From Candidatus Iainarchaeum sp. (GTDB lineage: Archaea; Iainarchaeota; Iainarchaeia; Iainarchaeales; DTGL01), in the NCBI GenBank assembly GCA_038736825.1, contig JAVYME010000014.1, positions 1 to 27,103 on the forward strand: 27,103 nucleotides of DNA, written 5' to 3'. Shown one piece after another: positions 23,559 to 27,103 of the stretch. A program made the position numbers and the translations under genes. The notes below the pieces were generated by a model. The model was given only the letters and a program-made list of their open reading frames with translations. It was not told where the DNA came from and made no database searches. The first letter of the stretch is position 1; each line of letters opens with the position of its first letter.

Positions 23559-24674
23559 ATGGAGTTAGAGGAATTAGAGCTTGCTGAAAGGGCTCTTGAT
23601 TCTGCAACAGACAAAGTTTCCCTTTTGCAGGCAAAACTCAGGGACGTGAACTGGGCTAGCCTTTCAAGAATTGGTTTTTTGAAAAAGGCTGAAGAATGCT
23701 TGGACATGCTGACTGGCATAAGAAAAAGCCTTGAAGACCTGCACTATTATTTGAAGGAAAACGAAGAACTGGAATTTGAAGGCATTATAGGCGAATTCAA
23801 GAAACTTGAGGATGTTCTGGAAAAAAACATTCTTTTGGAAGACCGCAAAGAGGCATCCGGCTTGAAAGAAATCCACTTGCAATTGAAAGAAGAACACCCA
23901 GAACTGTTCGCTTCATTGCAGCAAAGCGTTTTGTCTCATTTGATGAAAGCAAGGTTTTTGCTTGAAAGGATTTCATTGCAATTGGAAAAGGCGGCGCCCA
24001 GTGAAGCAGAAAAAGAAAAGGTTGAAGAGAAAAACGAGCTCTTGAACTTGCTTGAACAAAAGGAAAGGGAATTGCAACAATTGCACTTAAGGTTTGACAG
24101 CGTGAGAAAGCATGCTGTGCTGGGGTTCGCACACGAGGAAAGCGCAGCAGAACTGGAACACGAACTGCAATCAGCCAGAACAGAATTTGAAAGGGAGAGA
24201 GCCTCTTTCAACAGCCTTGTGGGAAACTTTAAAAGCACTGTTTCTGGACTGCAAATGTCTTTCCTGGAACTGGCTGACAAAATGGATGAAATAGAAAAAC
24301 TTTACAAAAATTTTTCTGAAAAATCCTCAGAACTAGTAATGCTCTTGAAAAAGGAACGAGATTTTGCCAAAAAAACCCTTTTAGATGTAGAAAACGAGGT
24401 ATTGCAGTTAAGGGCAACCTATTCAAGGGAAATAATGCGCTTTGAGGAAGGCAAGGCAGCTGCAAGAGAGGAAGCAATTCAAGAAACAAAAAAACTAATT
24501 GACAGGCTGCAAAACGAACTAGAGGAAAAAGAACAACTCATAATGGAGTTCAAAGAGATTGCAAAAAGAAAGGAAAAAGAAAACCTCGAATTAAAGGAAA
24601 AAATTGCATACATGGGAGCAATCGCTAAAGCAAAAGAAATGGACAAAAAAAGAAGAAAAAAAACAAAAAAATAA
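23559..24674 (+). CDS. Glu/Lys/Leu-rich coiled-coil protein, hypothetical
   Basis: 371-aa ORF, almost entirely heptad-like (ELEELELAERALDS...LQNELEEKEQLIMEFKEIAKRKEKENLELKEK), with a basic tail KKRRKKTKK. Confidence 0.7.
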   Translation: MELEELELAERALDSATDKVSLLQAKLRDVNWASLSRIGFLKKAEECLDMLTGIRKSLEDLHYYLKENEELEFEGIIGEFKKLEDVLEKNILLEDRKEASGLKEIHLQLKEEHPELFASLQQSVLSHLMKARFLLERISLQLEKAAPSEAEKEKVEEKNELLNLLEQKERELQQLHLRFDSVRKHAVLGFAHEESAAELEHELQSARTEFERERASFNSLVGNFKSTVSGLQMSFLELADKMDEIEKLYKNFSEKSSELVMLLKKERDFAKKTLLDVENEVLQLRATYSREIMRFEEGKAAAREEAIQETKKLIDRLQNELEEKEQLIMEFKEIAKRKEKENLELKEKIAYMGAIAKAKEMDKKRRKKTKK

Positions 24675-24676
24675 AG

Positions 24677-25084
24677 CTATTTTTTTGGAACATATTCTTC
24701 TGGGTGAAACAAAAGGCTAACCAGGAAAGCAGACCATTTTTCTGCAATGGCTTCCTTTTCCATGTCCAGCTCGTCTTCTGATTCAAGCCCGAAAATTTCT
24801 GATTCCTCCACTGCCTTGACTATTGAAATTCCTGTTTTAAGCTCGACATCAATTAGCTTGCTAACAACCATGTCCACTCTTGCATTCCTTTCAGGGCAAA
24901 GAAGAAAAGCAAAAACCAAGTCTGCCTCTTGAGCCAAATCCATTGCCTTTTTCGGCAAGTCTTCCTTTACTGGAACAAAAAACTCTTCTGTTTCAAGGTC
25001 AGCTATTTCACGCTTCAGCCTGCCTATCAATTCTGGAAAAACATTAATGCCGCCCTCGCTGTCTGCAAGGAAAACCACTTTCAT
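24677..25084 (-). CDS. Archaeal riboflavin synthase / lumazine synthase-fold-like protein, divergent
   Basis: ATG 25084 (MKVVFLADSEGG...). Layout and motifs recalled from archaeal RibC: VP-x-x-DLP...A-x-L, hydrophobic strand D-[LI]-V-x-A, and a C-terminal LLFHPEEY (compare LLFKPEY). The N-terminal DTTFARVD substrate motif is not conserved (LADSEGGINV). Confidence 0.4.
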   Translation of the reverse strand: MKVVFLADSEGGINVFPELIGRLKREIADLETEEFFVPVKEDLPKKAMDLAQEADLVFAFLLCPERNARVDMVVSKLIDVELKTGISIVKAVEESEIFGLESEDELDMEKEAIAEKWSAFLVSLLFHPEEYVPKK

Positions 25085-25151
25085 TTTAAACCATTTAATA
25101 TTAGAAATCAAGGTTTTAAGGCATTTTCTGTACAAAGAACTCAAGGAAAGG

Positions 25152-25160
25152 TTTTTATTT
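25152..25160 (+). promoter_or_regulatory. TATA-like box TTTTTATTT centred 26 nt upstream of ATG 25182
   Basis: Position relative to the ATG, with no SD in between. Confidence 0.35.
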
Positions 25161-25181
25161 CAAGAAATTCTAATTATTGGC

Positions 25182-26180
25182 ATGGGCCTAGAAACACTTG
25201 CAATTGTTATCGGCATTACTGGTTTCACTGCAATTGGCGCTTGGTATTTGTGGAAGCGCGGCAGGCTTGATTTTTTGTTTGAAAGGCTGGGAATGGCTGG
25301 CATTGAAAAAAAGCCAAACTATGGATTGGAATTCATTACACTGCCAAACTACGAGGAAATGGGAAAAAGAGAAATAGAACTTGTCAGTTTTCAAGACAAA
25401 GGAGGGCTTGAACTTTTAACTCCGCCCCCGCTCTCAGAAATTACAAAAAAAAAGGAAAAAACCCTCTCCATTAAGCCGCGCGCAACCCTTTTCACAGGCC
25501 GCAATCTGACAGGCTATTTTTTGCTTTTAACAAAACTAATCATGCTATTGAACAAAAAACCGGCTTTTCTCGTCATAAAAGAAAAAGACATTGACCAGTT
25601 CAGTCAATACTCTAATGGCGTTATTTCTGTTTTCAAGCAAAAAAGCTCGCTTCCAGAAGAAATCAAAGACTTGCAATACAAATACCTTAAAGGGCTCATA
25701 AATGAACAAGAATTCAAGAAAAAAATGTCGGAATTACAATTGCAAATGGAAAAAAAGCCTCTTACAAGCAGGCTTTACGAAAACTATCAATATTTTTCCT
25801 CTCCCTCTGAAATATTGCGAGATCTTGGCTGGTTTTTGCTAAAAACCAGCGGCAAAGGCATTGTTGTCATGACAATGGTTGACGAAATGGTGCAAGAAAA
25901 CCCAAAAAAAGCCAGGGTTTTCATTGAAAACCTTTTGAAAGCTTGCGCTAACCATTCAACGCCAGTCATTCTAACCCTTGAACAAGGCTTTTTTTCAGAA
26001 CAAACAAACAGCACAATTCGCTCTTATTGCAACATGATTTTTGAAACCACAATTGAAGGTGGCAGGCGAACCGTAACAGTGTTCTCCCTTGAAAAGGTTC
26101 ACCCTCCAACAATGGTAAGCGAAGCAATAGCAAACTATGAAGCATTCCTGAAAAAAGTTGGATTCTTGGAAGAAAAATAA
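25182..26180 (+). CDS. Membrane-anchored protein with a degenerate KaiC/RecA/FlaH-like P-loop domain (Walker A lost), hypothetical
   Basis: ATG 25182 (MGLETLAIVIGITGFTAIGAWYLW) gives an N-terminal TM helix. The C-terminal part, GIVVMTMVDEMV...STPVILTLEQGFF...YCNMIFETTIEGGRRTVTVFSLEKV, resembles the Walker B strand through the C-terminal strands of KaiC-like ATPases. The expected Walker A site reads LFTGRNLTGYF and has no GK[ST]. Confidence 0.45.
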   Translation: MGLETLAIVIGITGFTAIGAWYLWKRGRLDFLFERLGMAGIEKKPNYGLEFITLPNYEEMGKREIELVSFQDKGGLELLTPPPLSEITKKKEKTLSIKPRATLFTGRNLTGYFLLLTKLIMLLNKKPAFLVIKEKDIDQFSQYSNGVISVFKQKSSLPEEIKDLQYKYLKGLINEQEFKKKMSELQLQMEKKPLTSRLYENYQYFSSPSEILRDLGWFLLKTSGKGIVVMTMVDEMVQENPKKARVFIENLLKACANHSTPVILTLEQGFFSEQTNSTIRSYCNMIFETTIEGGRRTVTVFSLEKVHPPTMVSEAIANYEAFLKKVGFLEEK

Positions 26181-26182
26181 AC

Positions 26183-26326
26183 ATGCCCAAAAACAGTGAA
26201 ATGTTTAAAGTCAAGCCTTTCAGACAATGGGATTATAGTGACTGGTTCCTTCTCGCAAGCAACCTTGCAGTTTTTCCATTCGTGCTTTTTTTCGGGTTGG
26301 ATGTTCAAAAAAGGAAAAAGAAGTGA
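26183..26326 (+). CDS. Possible 47-aa single-TM microprotein
   Basis: ATG lies 2 nt after the stop of the preceding gene. MPKNSEMFKVKPFRQWDYSDWFLLASNLAVFPFVLFFGLDVQKRKKK: one hydrophobic helix followed by a basic tail. It falls below the ORF-track length cut-off. Confidence 0.3.
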   Translation: MPKNSEMFKVKPFRQWDYSDWFLLASNLAVFPFVLFFGLDVQKRKKK

Positions 26327-26390
26327 AAGCCTTGCATAAAAAAAACGCCAAAGAGTAAAGAATAAATAGTGCCGAGCAATAATATTGACT

Positions 26391-26720
26391 ATGGCAACCC
26401 CACCACTTTTTTTTCTTTTGCCTGTGCCTTTTTGGATTTTAGTGGGAGTATTTAGTTGGATCCAATACAAGCAATTTGGACAGATTAAGGAACGACAACC
26501 TGAGCAATATAAGAAATTTTGTGAATCTATGCCCAAGAAAAAATTTTGTAACTGTGACATGGCATATCACTGGGCTATCGTTTTAGGGCGCATAAAATTT
26601 ACCAGTGATAAGGAAACAACAAAAGCTATTTCAAAATACAAAGCGGCTTGGATTCTCACACTTATTCTTTATCTTGTAATTATTTGTCTCTATATTTATG
26701 GCTTATTGCTTTGGCAATAA
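26391..26720 (+). CDS. Small two-TM membrane protein, hypothetical
   Basis: ATG 26391. TM1 PPLFFLLPVPFWILVGVFSWI, a charged loop, then TM2 AAWILTLILYLVIICLYIYGLLLW. It competes with an antisense ORF (26135-26560) that looks less protein-like. Confidence 0.45.
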   Translation: MATPPLFFLLPVPFWILVGVFSWIQYKQFGQIKERQPEQYKKFCESMPKKKFCNCDMAYHWAIVLGRIKFTSDKETTKAISKYKAAWILTLILYLVIICLYIYGLLLWQ

Positions 26721-26758
26721 ATGGCTTTAAGGATTCGCTTCCCCTGAAAAAAGAGTAT

Positions 26759-26830
26759 AGCCGAAGGGGGGAATTGAACCCCCAACCTGCTGATTACGAG
26801 TCAGCCGCGCTGCCATTGCGCCACTCCGGC
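26759..26830 (-). tRNA. tRNA-Thr(CGT): tRNA-Thr (anticodon CGT), 72 nt, no encoded CCA
   Basis: Hand-folded cloverleaf. Acceptor GCCGGAG/CTTCGGC (one G-U pair), D-arm GCGC-AATGGCA-GCGC, anticodon stem GCTGA/TCAGC, loop CTCGTAA, T-arm GGGGG-TTCAATT-CCCCC, discriminator U. Confidence 0.9.
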
Positions 26831-27103
26831 AATAGTAAATTGATTATACTAAAAATAGCGCTCTTGTGGTTTTTATTTCAATTGGTTGGGCGCATAATGC
26901 AAATATTTATATCTGTTCAATGGTTTAGGCAATTATGAATAATTTTTTTAATCTATTTTTACTTCATGATGAAACGGATATCCATCCCCGGAGTTGGATT
27001 TGCTTTTCAGGTAGAAAAATTCCCCAATTAATCAAAGACCTTGAGAAAAAACCCTAAAAAAAGAAGGAATGCGCAGAGAGGAACTGAGCAGGCTTCTTTC
27101 TTC

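Noticed and set aside
23330-23719. 129-aa minus-strand ORF and shorter nested ORFs (23330-23443, 37 aa; 23421-23504, 27 aa hydrophobic) upstream of the beta-CASP gene
   Set aside because: The 5' part is antisense to the coiled-coil gene. The nested small hydrophobic ORFs are in different frames and are too short to support without expression or conservation data.
26135-26560. 141-aa minus-strand ORF with CSGC-x4-CPNC
   Set aside because: The CxxC pair spacing is too short for a typical zinc ribbon. The ORF overlaps the 3' end of the 25182 gene and two better-looking plus-strand membrane ORFs. It is not excluded, but it is not supported.
7908-26830. tRNA-flanked genomic island or integrated element (three tRNA genes could be att sites)
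   Set aside because: I saw no integrase, transposase or phage-like genes and no duplicated tRNA 3' segment. Housekeeping genes are spread throughout the interval.
26648-26938. 96-aa plus-strand ORF
   Set aside because: It spans the tRNA-Thr gene on the opposite strand, so the open frame is an artefact.
26960-27020. Possible C/D box sRNA (ATGATGA at about 26966)
   Set aside because: No CTGA D or D' boxes occur at the required spacing, and there is no terminal stem.
27069-27103. ATG preceded by GAAGGA opening a frame that runs off the window (MRREELSRLLS...)
   Set aside because: Only 11 codons are visible, so it cannot be supported or identified.
1-27103. CRISPR arrays, rRNA genes, long tandem or inverted repeats
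   Set aside because: No regularly spaced direct repeats or rRNA-like segments were seen on reading the intergenic regions. Only short hairpins and palindromes occur, for example 7830-7846 and 15871-15901, and these are compatible with chance or with terminators.

Overview
This is an AT-rich, very gene-dense window that reads like a chromosomal segment of a small-genome archaeon, possibly DPANN-like (inference only). Several sequence features point to Archaea. AspRS is the short archaeal/eukaryal type. tRNA-Gln has an A1-U72 pair. A/T-rich TATA-like boxes sit about 26 nt upstream of several ATGs (leaderless-style), other genes carry GGAGG/GGGGG Shine-Dalgarno sites, and oligo-T tracts follow genes. 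Housekeeping content: the purF 5' part, purD, carbamate kinase, asnS, aspS, an IMPase-family gene, a COG2231-like HhH-GPD glycosylase, a short beta-CASP nuclease, an MBL hydrolase, and three intron-less tRNAs (Gln-TTG, Ile-GAT, Thr-CGT). Interleaved lineage-specific genes: a 657-aa Cys-rich surface lipoprotein with CARDB-like domains, an ABC-2 exporter with a long coiled-coil ectodomain, two K/E-rich coiled-coil proteins, a triple winged-helix protein, a GNAT-core protein with basic tails, a double-wHTH regulator with a small membrane protein, a secreted six-Cys protein, a papain/transglutaminase-like protein, a riboflavin-synthase-like protein, and a membrane-anchored degenerate KaiC/RecA-like protein. 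I saw no CRISPR array, rRNA, transposase or integrase. The most unusual locus is 17986-18673. There an AsnRS-like catalytic C-terminal half (minus strand) and an AsnC/Lrp RAM-domain C-terminal half (plus strand) meet head-to-head at about 18515, both lacking their 5' parts. This looks like a deletion scar of a divergent asnC/asnA-like pair, or a chimeric ORF. All homology calls come from motif recognition by eye, and no database or HMM search was possible.
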